Shown piece by piece: positions 9,688 through 19,702 of a DNA stretch of 64,000 bases. Source of the stretch: Bacteroidota bacterium (GTDB lineage: Bacteria; Bacteroidota; Bacteroidia; Bacteroidales; VadinHA17); NCBI GenBank assembly GCA_018262715.1, contig JADFDS010000006.1, positions 7,648-71,647 on the forward strand, given 5' to 3'. The notes beneath the pieces were generated by a model, which did no database searches, was not told the origin of the DNA, and worked only from the letters and a program-made list of their open reading frames with translations. The translations under genes and the position numbers were made by a program. Within the stretch, counting starts at the first letter, position 1, and each line of letters starts with the position of its first letter.

Positions 9688-10365
9688 ATGGAAAGGGAGA
9701 AACCAACAGGTTTGATTGAGATTGGCTTGGCTGCAGCACTCCTGTTTTCAGTGCTGTACGGCATTGGTGTCAGATATCTCGGGGGACCGGATGCCTTCAG
9801 GTATTATGTGAGGGAGGATGGCCCTGCAGAATATGCCACTGCGTTTTTTCTTTTTGCGGGAAGCCTGGTTGCCATCTTCAGGGCTTTCACCTGTTGCAGG
9901 GGGAAACGGCATCTCCCCGTACTGACATGGTCAGTCCTCTCCTTCCTTTTCTTTTTTGCTGCCGGTGATGAGATCAGCTGGGGCCAGCGTATCTTCAACA
10001 TCGAGAGCAGTGAATTCTTTCTGAAGTACAACAAGCAGGCGGAAACCAATATTCACAACCTGGTTGTCGCCGGCAAAAGCATCAATATGATCATCTTTTC
10101 CAGAATGGTCCTGATTGCATTACTCTTTTATTTTATCATTCTTCCGGTGCTTGCAAAGAAACCGGGCCTGATCCGGAGGCTCGTAGAGAAGTTCGGATTG
10201 CCGCTGCCCTCGCTCCGTCATATAATCATTATGGGAGTATCAACGGCACTGATAGCAGTCATCAGGATGGCAAAAGGGAGCGAGCTGAACGAGCTTGCTT
10301 TCTCAGTCATATTCTTCCTTGTATTTCTCAATCCCCGTACTGTGGGCAGGGAACAGTTATCCTGA
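9688..10365 (+). CDS. Conserved hypothetical membrane protein
   Basis: Multi-TM; EDGPAEY and EISWGQR...QAETNIHN motifs of an uncharacterised membrane family. Confidence 0.7.
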   Translation: MEREKPTGLIEIGLAAALLFSVLYGIGVRYLGGPDAFRYYVREDGPAEYATAFFLFAGSLVAIFRAFTCCRGKRHLPVLTWSVLSFLFFFAAGDEISWGQRIFNIESSEFFLKYNKQAETNIHNLVVAGKSINMIIFSRMVLIALLFYFIILPVLAKKPGLIRRLVEKFGLPLPSLRHIIIMGVSTALIAVIRMAKGSELNELAFSVIFFLVFLNPRTVGREQLS

Positions 10366-10461
10366 CCTGCCTGCGGAGCCAAATCATCACTTTTTCGTAT
10401 CATCAATGCGATTATTTGCGAAATTGCATTCCGGGAGGGAGCCTGTTCCTTCCCCGAAACA

Positions 10462-12339
10462 ATGCTGGCCATTATGAGGAAATTTTTTTTATCAATCAGT
10501 CTTTTAAGCATTTTCATCATGTCATATGCACAGTCATTTAACACTTTTCCGGTTACCACCCAGAAGCCGCCGCTGCATGGCCGGCACTGGATGGCCATCA
10601 CCGGCAAACCTCTTGCCGCGACGGCGGGGGCTATGATATTTGATCGCGGAGGTAACGCAGTGGATGCCGCATGCGCGATGCTGGCAGCCTCATGCACAAT
10701 GTGGGACGTACTTAGCTGGGGAGGCGAGACCCAGGCGCTTATCTATAATCCGAAGACCGGGAAGGTGCTGGCAATCAATGCCCTTGGAGTGGCCCCGACA
10801 GGTGCGACAGCGGAATTCTACAAATCGAAGGGTTACAAATACCCGCCTGAATATGGTCCGCTTGCCGCAGTAACTCCGGGTACACCCGGTGGACTGATGG
10901 TGATGCTGGCGGAGTACGGCACCATGAGCCTGAGAGAGGTTTTGGCCCCGGCCATGGAGATGGCAGCAGGCTACCCGATGGAGGCCCAGACAGCCAATTC
11001 CATCGAGCGTGCAAAGAACAGGATAAAGGATTGGCCCTATTCTGCGAGGGTGTTTCTCCCGCATGGCGGGGAAGAACGGGAGGCACCCTCAGCCGGGGAA
11101 GTCTTCGTCCAGAAGGACCTTCTTGCTACCCTGACAAAGCTGGTCGAGGCCGAACAGCAGGCACTGAAGAAGAAGAAATCGAGGCGTGATGCCATCTATG
11201 CTGCCTATGACCGTTTCTATAACGGAGACATTGCAGCCGAGTTTGCACGTGGATGCCAGGAACAGGGCGGACTGATAACAAAGGAAGACCTGGCCGGCTG
11301 GCAGGTTAAGATTGAGGAACCGCTTATGACAGAGTACAAGGGCATTGAAGTGTACAAGCTGCAGCAGTGGACCCAGGGTCCGGTGATGCTCCAGACCCTG
11401 AACATACTTGAAAACTTCAACCTGAAGGAGTTGGGCTACAACTCCACAAGGTACATCCATACACTTTACCAGGCAATGAACCTGGCTTTTGCCGACAGGG
11501 ACTTTTATTACGGTGACCCGTCCTTCCCGCCCGAAGAGCCGATGCAGGGACTTCTCTCCAAAGATTATGCAAGGGAGCGGAGCAAGCTTATCAATCCTGA
11601 CCGCAATGATCCGGCTGTCAGGCCGGGAGATCCCTATCTCTTCGAGGGGAAGGTGAATCCTTTCTCCACATTGCTGGATTCATGGCAGGCAGATGCCCGT
11701 AATATTTATCCATCTTATGATCCGGAGCAGTACAGCAGTTTCATGAGTAAATTTCAGTCGGGTACAACCTCCATCGAGGCCGCTGACGAGGAGGGATGGG
11801 TTGTCTCCGTAACTCCGAGCGGCGGGTGGGTGCCGGCATGCATTGCAGGAAATACCGGCATCGGGATGAGCCAGAGGATGCAGAGTTTCGTCCTTGACGC
11901 GAAGGAGAACCCGTTCAACGTGGTTGAACCCGGCAAGAGACCGCGTGTGACCCTGACTCCCACGCTGGCGATGAAGGACGGGAAGCCGCTGCTATCGTTT
12001 GCCAAGCAGGGCGGCGATGAGCAGGACCAGTTGCTGCTTCAGTTCTTTCTGAATGTGGTGGAGTTTGGCATGACCGTTCAGGAAGCATGCGAGGCGCCGT
12101 CATTCAAGACGCTGCAGATGTATTCCAGCTTCGGCGAGCATGAGAAGGTTCCCGGCGGATTGGTGCTGAACAGCGCCATGCCTTCGTGGGTAAGAAAAGA
12201 ACTGGCAGCCATGGGGTACAGGCTATCGTTCCAGGAGAGAACCTCCGGTCCCGTCAATGCCATCGGATTCGACAGGGCGCACGGAACCTTCTGGGGCGGA
12301 TCCAGCAATCACGGCGAGGACTACGGGATAGGGTGGTAG
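10462..12339 (+). CDS. ggt: Gamma-glutamyltransferase family protein, exported
   Basis: GGNAVDAA, LAFADRD.YYGDP, autoprocessing GTTS, PGKRP motifs; N-terminal signal peptide. Confidence 0.9.
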   Translation: MLAIMRKFFLSISLLSIFIMSYAQSFNTFPVTTQKPPLHGRHWMAITGKPLAATAGAMIFDRGGNAVDAACAMLAASCTMWDVLSWGGETQALIYNPKTGKVLAINALGVAPTGATAEFYKSKGYKYPPEYGPLAAVTPGTPGGLMVMLAEYGTMSLREVLAPAMEMAAGYPMEAQTANSIERAKNRIKDWPYSARVFLPHGGEEREAPSAGEVFVQKDLLATLTKLVEAEQQALKKKKSRRDAIYAAYDRFYNGDIAAEFARGCQEQGGLITKEDLAGWQVKIEEPLMTEYKGIEVYKLQQWTQGPVMLQTLNILENFNLKELGYNSTRYIHTLYQAMNLAFADRDFYYGDPSFPPEEPMQGLLSKDYARERSKLINPDRNDPAVRPGDPYLFEGKVNPFSTLLDSWQADARNIYPSYDPEQYSSFMSKFQSGTTSIEAADEEGWVVSVTPSGGWVPACIAGNTGIGMSQRMQSFVLDAKENPFNVVEPGKRPRVTLTPTLAMKDGKPLLSFAKQGGDEQDQLLLQFFLNVVEFGMTVQEACEAPSFKTLQMYSSFGEHEKVPGGLVLNSAMPSWVRKELAAMGYRLSFQERTSGPVNAIGFDRAHGTFWGGSSNHGEDYGIGW

Positions 12340-12344
12340 ATATA

Positions 12345-12424
12345 GGTCTGAAGGTCTGAAGGTCTGAAGGTCTGAAGGTCTGAAGGTCTGAAGGTCACAA
12401 GGTCTGAAGGTCTGAGGGTCTGAG
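12345..12424 (+). repeat. Octamer tandem array, 10 units of GGTCTGAA consensus
   Basis: 7 exact GGTCTGAA, 1 GGTCACAA, 2 GGTCTGAG, starting 6 nt after the ggt stop. Confidence 0.95.
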
Positions 12425-12444
12425 GGATTTCGAGTTCTGACTTC

Positions 12445-12480
12445 CAATTCGCAATTCGCAAATCACAAATCGCAAATCCA
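12445..12480 (+). repeat. Heptamer tandem repeat, AAATCGC family
   Basis: caattcg caattcg caaatca caaatcg caaatcc. Confidence 0.85.
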
Positions 12481-12564
12481 CTATTGCCGACTGCTGAGTG
12501 CTGACTTTACGAATAGCATTTTCCAACATCATTCTTATCTTTGTGCCTTCGGTCAGATCATCAG

Positions 12565-13443
12565 ATGGCAAAGAACGAAAAAAGGAAGGGCAAGTGGACC
12601 GACAGGTTCCGCTTTGCAATATTCAATGACACAACCTTCGAGGAGCTGTGGCGGATACGCCTGTCAAAGGCCAACGCACTGCTCGCGGGAGCGCTGCTGC
12701 TGGTTATAACCCTCGCCCTGAACACTTCATTGATTGCATTCACCAATCTCAGGGAATTTATCCCGGGTTACCCTGATGTAGAGATGCGGCGTAACATCCT
12801 CATGAATGCCATCATGCTCGACTCCCTGGAACATGAACTCGAGATCAGGGACAAATATTTCCGTGACCTGAATGACGTCATCTCCGGCAGGCAGCCTGCC
12901 AGTTCGGTGACTCTGCGTGACAGCACCCGTGACTACAGCAATATAGAGTTCAGGAAATCCTCTGAAGATTCCCTGTTCAGGGCACGCGTCGAGAAGGAGG
13001 ACAAATACAGCCTGTCTGCTTCGGCCATATCGCCGGGTATCCCTTCAACTGGCCAGGTCACCAGCCTTGCCAACATTCATTTCTTCCCCCCGGCCAAGGG
13101 GATCATCTCAAGTAATTTTGACACACGTACACGGCATTATGCCACTGACATAGTAACCCAGCCAAAGGCGGTTGTCTCATCAACTCTTGACGGAACCGTG
13201 ATAATGACGGGTTGGACCATGGAGACCGGTTTTGTGATCATGGTTCAGCATGCCAACAACCTGGTGTCGGTTTACAAGCATAACGCCAGGCTGCTGAAGG
13301 AGATGGGTGACAGGGTCAGGGCAGGGGAGCCGATATCGATAGTTGGTGATTCCGGTGAGCTTTACACTTCGGGGCCCCATCTTCATTTTGAGCTCTGGCA
13401 TAACGGAGAGGCGCTTGACCCGGCTCAGTATGTGTATTTCTGA
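12565..13443 (+). CDS. M23 family metallopeptidase
   Basis: HYATD and GPHLHFE zinc motifs; N-terminal TM helix; upstream of dxr. Confidence 0.9.
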   Translation: MAKNEKRKGKWTDRFRFAIFNDTTFEELWRIRLSKANALLAGALLLVITLALNTSLIAFTNLREFIPGYPDVEMRRNILMNAIMLDSLEHELEIRDKYFRDLNDVISGRQPASSVTLRDSTRDYSNIEFRKSSEDSLFRARVEKEDKYSLSASAISPGIPSTGQVTSLANIHFFPPAKGIISSNFDTRTRHYATDIVTQPKAVVSSTLDGTVIMTGWTMETGFVIMVQHANNLVSVYKHNARLLKEMGDRVRAGEPISIVGDSGELYTSGPHLHFELWHNGEALDPAQYVYF

Positions 13444-13457
13444 CAGGAGGCTGACGG

Positions 13458-14624
13458 ATGCATAAACGACTGGCAATCATAGGCTCTACCGGATCTATAG
13501 GCACCCAGACCCTGGGAATAGTTGCTCGTTACCCTGATTTGTTCACTGTTAAAGTCCTCACTGCAGGAAGCAATGCCGAGCTTCTGATGGCACAGGCCAG
13601 GCTCTGCCGGCCTGAGAAGGTTGTGATAGGCAACGAGGCATTTTATGAAGTTGTGAAGACCGGTCTGTCAGGCCTGGGTATAGAGGTGATGGCCGGCCAG
13701 AAGGCTGTTGAAGAGGTTGCATCGTCTGACGGCATCGATACCGTGGTTGCAGCCATGGTGGGTTTTGCCGGGCTGCGTCCCACCGCCGCCGCCGTGGCTG
13801 CAGGCAGGGAGGTGGCGCTGGCAAACAAGGAGACTCTGGTTGTTGCCGGAGAGATGATCACACGTACAGCAGCCATTACCGGAACCAGGCTTCTCCCGGT
13901 AGATTCAGAGCACTCAGCCATCATGCAGTGCCTTAACGGTGAGCCGGAGTCATCAGTTGAACGTATTATTTTAACCGCATCAGGCGGTCCGTTCCGCGAC
14001 ACACCTGCAGGGCGGCTGGCAAAAGTCACCCCGCTGGAGGCGCTGCGTCACCCCAACTGGACCATGGGCAGCAAGATCACCATTGATTCGGCCACCCTGA
14101 TGAACAAGGGGCTTGAGGTAATAGAAGCACACTGGCTCTTCGGCACTCCCCCGGACCGTATTGATGTGCTGATTCACCCGCAGTCAATCATACACTCCAT
14201 GGTGCAGTTCACTGACGGATCTCTCAAGGCACAGCTTGGAGTGCCTGACATGCGGCTGCCGATCATCTACGCACTTACCTGGCCGGAAAGAGTGGTTACT
14301 GAGCTCCCCCGTCCTGACCTGGCTGAGACAGGATCACTTACCTTCGGGGAGCCTGATACTGCCAGGTTCAGATGCCTTGCCCTCGCACGGGCGGCCCTGA
14401 AAGAAGGCGGGAACATGCCATGCGCCCTCAATGCCGCCAACGAAGTGGCAGTGGCGGCATTCCTCCGTGAACAGATTGGATTCAATGATATAGCCGGCAC
14501 CGTGGAATTTGTGCTTGCGAAAACATCATTCAACAGCGAGGCTTCTCTCGGCACCTATGCTGAGACCGACAACCTGAGCCGGCGCCTCGCAGATGATTAC
14601 ATAAACAAAGTACTAAAAAAATGA
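13458..14624 (+). CDS. dxr: 1-deoxy-D-xylulose-5-phosphate reductoisomerase
   Basis: GSTGSIGTQ, LANKE, PVDSEHSA, HPNW.MG.KITIDSATLMNKGLE. Confidence 0.98.
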   Translation: MHKRLAIIGSTGSIGTQTLGIVARYPDLFTVKVLTAGSNAELLMAQARLCRPEKVVIGNEAFYEVVKTGLSGLGIEVMAGQKAVEEVASSDGIDTVVAAMVGFAGLRPTAAAVAAGREVALANKETLVVAGEMITRTAAITGTRLLPVDSEHSAIMQCLNGEPESSVERIILTASGGPFRDTPAGRLAKVTPLEALRHPNWTMGSKITIDSATLMNKGLEVIEAHWLFGTPPDRIDVLIHPQSIIHSMVQFTDGSLKAQLGVPDMRLPIIYALTWPERVVTELPRPDLAETGSLTFGEPDTARFRCLALARAALKEGGNMPCALNAANEVAVAAFLREQIGFNDIAGTVEFVLAKTSFNSEASLGTYAETDNLSRRLADDYINKVLKK

Positions 14625-15946
14625 CAGTTCTGATCAAAATACTGCAGCTTCTGCTCTCGCTCTCAATCCTGGTAATTGTCCATGAGTTTGGCCACTTCCT
14701 CTTCGCCCGCATTTTTAAAACGAGGGTGGAGAAGTTCTACCTGTTCTTTGACTGGCCATGGGCGATCTTCAAGAAAAAGTTCGGCGAAACCGAATACGGC
14801 ATCGGTATGATACCTCTTGGCGGGTATGTCAAGATCTCCGGGATGATAGATGAGAGCATGGACCGCGAGCAGATGAAACTGCCTCCCCAGCCATATGAGT
14901 TCAGATCTAAGAAAGCATGGCAGAGACTAATGATCATGCTTGGCGGGGTATTCTTCAATTTCATCTTTGCACTGCTGATCTATGTGGGTGTACTTAGCCT
15001 GTGGGGTGAGACCTATCTCTCCGCAAAGAACGTCAGATACGGTATACTTACCGATTCTACCGGCTATGCAATGGGACTGCGCAACGGTGATAAGATTATT
15101 TCCGTTGACGGGAAAGAGGTTGACAACTTTTATGCAATCATACCTGACATTCTTTTGAATGAGCGCCAGGTACTTACTGTGGACCGCAGCGGCGAAATGG
15201 TTGATATCCCGATCCGCCGTGAGTTCATCCCGATTCTTCTCAAGAATCCGGATATTATTGATGCGAGAATCCCCTTCGGCCCGTTTGTAGTCTCCGGGGT
15301 TGCCGGCGAGTCGCCTGCCGCTGCAGCCGGTCTGGCACCGGGTGATGAGATAGTTGCCATTGACGGGAATCCCTTTATCTGGTATGATGAGTTCCAGACC
15401 TACCTGGCGCAGCATAAGGCCAGACCTGTCACAGTATCAGTAAAAAGGGGAGGGGAGCTAAAGGATATTTCAGTTACACCAACCGGGGCGGGGATCCTCG
15501 GGGTTTTTCGCGAAACAGCCAACATCCTGGAGCTGAGTACAAAACACTACAATTTCTTCGAGGCTGTTCCGGCCGGTATTTCCAAAGGCTGGAAAACGAC
15601 GGGCGATTACCTCAAGCAGTTCAAGCTGATCTTTGCGAAGGATACCAAAGGATACGAGTCGCTCGGTGGATTCATCACCATCGGAAGCATCTTTCCCGGA
15701 AAATGGAACTGGCAGTCGTTCTGGAACCTGACCGCTTTCCTTTCACTGATCCTGGCCGTAATGAACATACTGCCAATCCCTGCCCTTGACGGAGGCCATG
15801 TGATGTTCCTTATCTTCGAGGTGGTCACCGGGAGAAAGCCAAGCGACAAGTTCATGGAATATGCCCAGATCACCGGGATGGTCATACTGCTTGCCCTGCT
15901 TATATTTGCCAACGGTAATGACATCCTGAAACTGATCAGGAAATGA
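14621..15946 (+). CDS. rseP: RIP metalloprotease RseP
   Basis: HEFGH, two PDZ regions, NILPIPALDGG; follows dxr. Confidence 0.95.
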   Translation: MTVLIKILQLLLSLSILVIVHEFGHFLFARIFKTRVEKFYLFFDWPWAIFKKKFGETEYGIGMIPLGGYVKISGMIDESMDREQMKLPPQPYEFRSKKAWQRLMIMLGGVFFNFIFALLIYVGVLSLWGETYLSAKNVRYGILTDSTGYAMGLRNGDKIISVDGKEVDNFYAIIPDILLNERQVLTVDRSGEMVDIPIRREFIPILLKNPDIIDARIPFGPFVVSGVAGESPAAAAGLAPGDEIVAIDGNPFIWYDEFQTYLAQHKARPVTVSVKRGGELKDISVTPTGAGILGVFRETANILELSTKHYNFFEAVPAGISKGWKTTGDYLKQFKLIFAKDTKGYESLGGFITIGSIFPGKWNWQSFWNLTAFLSLILAVMNILPIPALDGGHVMFLIFEVVTGRKPSDKFMEYAQITGMVILLALLIFANGNDILKLIRK

Positions 15947-16014
15947 TAATTACGGTCAGGTGAACAACGGAAGCGAAAGATTTTGTACATTTGCATAAAT
16001 AAATCAACAGAGAA

Positions 16015-16188
16015 ATGGGAAAGATCGGACCTCTTGAAATAATCCTGATACTTCTGGTTGTAGTCCTGATGTTTGGCGGAAGGAAGATCCCTGAGCTGAT
16101 GAAGGGAATAGGGCAGGGACTTAAGGAGTTTAAGAAAGCCAAGGACACCGGTGATGATGCCGATAAGGGCACTGCAAAGGAAAACTAG
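16015..16188 (+). CDS. tatA: Twin-arginine translocase subunit TatA (57 aa, below the ORF-track cutoff)
   Basis: Manual translation [57 protein letters not shown]; FG hinge and amphipathic helix. Confidence 0.93.
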   Translation: MGKIGPLEIILILLVVVLMFGGRKIPELMKGIGQGLKEFKKAKDTGDDADKGTAKEN

Positions 16189-16208
16189 GGTAATAAAAGC
16201 TTATATTT

Positions 16209-16239
16209 AAGCCTGCATGAGAGTGCAGGCTTTTTATTT
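16209..16239 (+). terminator. Intrinsic terminator after tatA
   Basis: AAGCCTGCA-TGAGAG-TGCAGGCTT followed by TTTATTT. Confidence 0.75.
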
Positions 16240-16253
16240 CATAATAACCAGAC

Positions 16254-17240
16254 ATGAGCAAAGCTTCAGTTTTCCTGTTTCTGATGGTGGCATTCATAGC
16301 TTCGTGTGGTGATTCGTCGCTTACAAGGACCCTTCCGAACGTGACCGGCACAACCGGGGAGGTTTTAGTGGTTATGGACAAATACATGTGGGACGGCAGC
16401 CCGGGCAGAGCCATCAGGGAGCAGGTCAGCCCGCTGCTTATCGGCCTGCCTCAGCCTGAACCGGCATTTACCATCCTGCCGGTCAATCCTTCGGGCTTCC
16501 GCGACATCTATGTCTCGCACCGGAACATTATACAGGTTACTATTGACCCCGGAATTCAGAAGCCGGTGGTGACATATACCCGCAACAAATGGGCAGAGAC
16601 ACAGCTTGTTGTAAGCATTGCAGCTGCTGATACCGCTTCGCTTGCCGCAGTGGTGAGGGAGAAAGGCGATGCAATACGCCGCAGCATCAATGACGCGGAG
16701 AGAGAGAGGCTGACAGCCTGGCTGACCAACTCTGCGGGGAAGGAAAAAAGCATCCTGAATGCAGGAGAAGCCAGATGGGAGCTGGCTATGCCAGCAGGCT
16801 GGAAGCCGGATTTCAATCGTGAGGGTATCATGATGATATCGCTTGAGACCCCTTCAACAACACAGACGGTGATGGTGTCTGTAGCTGACCGGACAACCGC
16901 GAGGATCGGATGCCTCGAGCTTGCCGATCTGACGCAGAAGCGGATGTCAGACGAGGTGAAGGGCCCTGACGGCGGGTCATTCATGGTGATAGAACAGAAG
17001 ATACCGGTCAGTTGCCGCTCATTCCGGAGGTATGACACTGATTATATAGAAATGAGGGGATTATGGACGCTTGAGGGCGGCTTCATGGGCGGCCCGTTCA
17101 TATCATATGCCTTTATTGATCCGGCTACGACCAGGGCGGTTGTTGTCACCGGGTTTGTATACGCGCCGAAGGAGGAGAAGCGGGAGTTGCTTCGCCAGGT
17201 TGAGGCGCTGATGTATGCGGTAAAAAAGCGGCAGGAATAA
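16254..17240 (+). CDS. DUF4837 family lipoprotein
   Basis: Lipobox IASC; GLPQPEP.F, RGLW...GFMGGPF, GFVYAP...KR motifs. Confidence 0.8.
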   Translation: MSKASVFLFLMVAFIASCGDSSLTRTLPNVTGTTGEVLVVMDKYMWDGSPGRAIREQVSPLLIGLPQPEPAFTILPVNPSGFRDIYVSHRNIIQVTIDPGIQKPVVTYTRNKWAETQLVVSIAAADTASLAAVVREKGDAIRRSINDAERERLTAWLTNSAGKEKSILNAGEARWELAMPAGWKPDFNREGIMMISLETPSTTQTVMVSVADRTTARIGCLELADLTQKRMSDEVKGPDGGSFMVIEQKIPVSCRSFRRYDTDYIEMRGLWTLEGGFMGGPFISYAFIDPATTRAVVVTGFVYAPKEEKRELLRQVEALMYAVKKRQE

Positions 17241-17286
17241 GTAACAGGCTCCCTGCGGGACGGAGACAATGCTTAATGGTCTGCCA

Positions 17287-17378
17287 AAATCACAAATCGC
17301 ACATTGCACATCTACAATGCATTAAGCTCAACGAGCTATATTGACACATTATTGCCAACTGCCTATTGCCTGTTGCCT
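17287..17378 (+). repeat. Short degenerate heptamer repeats (AAATCRC and TTGCCTA types)
   Basis: aaatcac aaatcgc acattgc and ttgccaa ctgccta ttgcctg ttgccta in a convergent intergenic gap. Confidence 0.6.
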
Positions 17379-18468
17379 AATCTACTGGAACATACCGCTG
17401 ATCCCGCCGGACCGGGATGAACCCTGCTTCACGTATTATCTGCTGCATTTCCCCGGGGCTGACGCGGAACGGGTCACCGGCTGCGCTCACCACATTTTCC
17501 TCGATCATCACCGATCCCAGGTCATTGGCGCCGCAGTGAAGTGATATCATGGCTGTCTCCTTGCCCACGGTGAGTATTGATGCCTGAATGTTCGGGATAT
17601 TGTCGAGCATCAGACGGCTGATTGCAATCAGTTTCAGGTATTCCGGTGCTGTCACTGTGCTGTATATGCCATCCTTTTCGGCCAGCCTTGTTCCGCGGTC
17701 CATGAACGGCCAGGGGATAAAGGTTATGAATCCGTCGTGCCCGGCCGGCCTGGCATCCTGAAGTTTACGCAGCATGTCAAGATGTTCGAGTCGCTCCAGT
17801 ACCGTTTCGGCATGGCCGAACATCATGGTTGCGGAGGTCGGCAGGTTGAGCCTGTGCGCCTCTCTCATCACTCCCAGCCATTCGGCGACGGTGGCCTTGA
17901 CGGGTGAAATGAGCTTCCTGACCCTGTCAGAGAGAATCTCGGCGCCGGCACCGGGAAGGGAATCAAGCCCTGCATTACGGAGCGCCACCAGCACATCATG
18001 ATAGCCCATCTTCTCAGCCCGGGCGAGCCATGCCACCTCCGGCGGACCGAGGGCATGAAGCTTCACGCCCGGCCAGCGGCTCTTGAGCCTCCTGAAAAGA
18101 TCAGTGTAAAAGCCGAGTCCCAGCGCCGGGTTCATGCCTCCCTGCAGCAGAAGCTGGTCACCTCCCAGAGCCAGCAACTCCCTTATCTTCCGGTCATACT
18201 CCTCATCCGTGGTCACATAGGCATCCTCGTGCTTTTCCGTACGGCAGAAGTTGCAGAACCGGCATTGTGAGAAGCATATGTTGGTGATGTTTACATTCCG
18301 GTCGATGATCCAACCCACCCTGTTACCCGGATGGAGCCTTTGCCTGGTAAGGTCGGCAACGTACATCAGCTCCTCCGGCGGAGCCTCATTCCAGAGGCTC
18401 AGGGCCTCATCAACGGTAAGGCGGCCACCCCCGGCCAGCCTGTCGTATATCTGTTCTCTGATTCCCAT
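17377..18468 (-). CDS. mqnC: Cyclic dehypoxanthinyl futalosine synthase (CofH/MqnC radical SAM)
   Basis: DRNVNITNICFSQCRFC, LLQGG, PGAGAEIL, GANDLGSVMIEENVVSAAG; start MGIREQ at 18468. Confidence 0.85.
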   Translation of the reverse strand: MGIREQIYDRLAGGGRLTVDEALSLWNEAPPEELMYVADLTRQRLHPGNRVGWIIDRNVNITNICFSQCRFCNFCRTEKHEDAYVTTDEEYDRKIRELLALGGDQLLLQGGMNPALGLGFYTDLFRRLKSRWPGVKLHALGPPEVAWLARAEKMGYHDVLVALRNAGLDSLPGAGAEILSDRVRKLISPVKATVAEWLGVMREAHRLNLPTSATMMFGHAETVLERLEHLDMLRKLQDARPAGHDGFITFIPWPFMDRGTRLAEKDGIYSTVTAPEYLKLIAISRLMLDNIPNIQASILTVGKETAMISLHCGANDLGSVMIEENVVSAAGDPFRVSPGEMQQIIREAGFIPVRRDQRYVPVD

Positions 18469-18595
18469 CCTGTGACCTCCTCCGCATTTTAGCGGATGTC
18501 TGTAAAGGTAATATATTAAAGCAATATCATTCAATATTTTAATTAACTTTACCACCCTGAACAGCCTCTTTGCTGTTCCTCAGACCTGATTTACA

Positions 18596-19702
18596 ATGGA
18601 TAAAAAACCTATAGTTGCAGGGATCACCCAGGGAGACATGAATGGCATCGGCTACGAGATCATAATGAAGGCCCTGTCTGATCCTGAGATTGCCGAACTT
18701 TGCGTGCCGGTAGTGTACGGTTCGCCAAAAGTGGCAGCATATCACCGTAAGGTGCTCAATATCACCAATTTCAACTTCAATAACATCCGTTCCGTCGCTG
18801 AAGCGCATCCGAAGAAGGTGAACCTTTTAAACTGCCTTGGCGATGATGTGCATGTGGAACTTGGAAAATCGACTCCCGAAGGCGGCCAGTCATCACTTGC
18901 TGCCCTGGAGGCAGCGGTCAGCGACCTTACTGCCGGCCGGATCGATGTGCTGGTGACAGCGCCCATTGACAAGAGCAACATCCAGTCAGACAGTTTCAGG
19001 TTCACAGGCCATACTGATTACCTCAAATCAAAGACCGGCTCCCACGATGTGCTGATGCTCATGATCTCCGAGAGCATGAAGATAGGTTTTGTCACCGAGC
19101 ACATGCCCCTGAAGGATGTCCCGGGCGCAATCACCATCGGAAATATCCTGACCAAGCTCAGACTGCTGAACAGGTCGTTGCTGCAGGACTTTGCAATCCG
19201 GGGCCCGAGGATAGGTGTGCTGAGCCTTAACCCGCATGCCGGTGACAACGGTTTGCTTGGCCATGAGGAAAAGGATATAATAGGGCCTGCCATCACCAGG
19301 GCAAATGAAGAAGGGATACTTGCCTTCGGCCCGTATTCCTCTGATGGTTTCTTCGGATCGGGCGCTTTCAAGCGGTTTGATGCGGTACTGGCGATGTACC
19401 ATGACCAGGGAATGGGAGCCTTTAAGGCGCTTGCCTTTGATACAGGAGTAAATTTCACGGCCGGATTGCAGGTTATACGCACCTCACCGGTACACGGGAC
19501 GGCGTTCGACATAACAGGGAAGAATGAGGCATCAGGCTACTCGATGCGCCAGGCCATCTATTCTGCAGTGGACATATTCCGGAACAGGGAGATGTACGAG
19601 GAGATAAAACGCAATCCGCTGCAGCCGCAAAAGATTGAGATTCATCCCGAACACGTCGACGAGCTTCCTCCCGAGACCGAAAACTACGACCAGGCATTAT
19701 GA
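18596..19702 (+). CDS. pdxA: 4-hydroxythreonine-4-phosphate dehydrogenase
   Basis: GD.NGIG.E, TAPIDK, GHTDY, LNPHAG, AMYHDQG, RTSP.HGTAFDI. Confidence 0.95.
   Translation: MDKKPIVAGITQGDMNGIGYEIIMKALSDPEIAELCVPVVYGSPKVAAYHRKVLNITNFNFNNIRSVAEAHPKKVNLLNCLGDDVHVELGKSTPEGGQSSLAALEAAVSDLTAGRIDVLVTAPIDKSNIQSDSFRFTGHTDYLKSKTGSHDVLMLMISESMKIGFVTEHMPLKDVPGAITIGNILTKLRLLNRSLLQDFAIRGPRIGVLSLNPHAGDNGLLGHEEKDIIGPAITRANEEGILAFGPYSSDGFFGSGAFKRFDAVLAMYHDQGMGAFKALAFDTGVNFTAGLQVIRTSPVHGTAFDITGKNEASGYSMRQAIYSAVDIFRNREMYEEIKRNPLQPQKIEIHPEHVDELPPETENYDQAL

Noticed and set aside
12345-12480. CRISPR array
   Set aside because: Contiguous 7-8 bp units without spacers; no cas genes in the window
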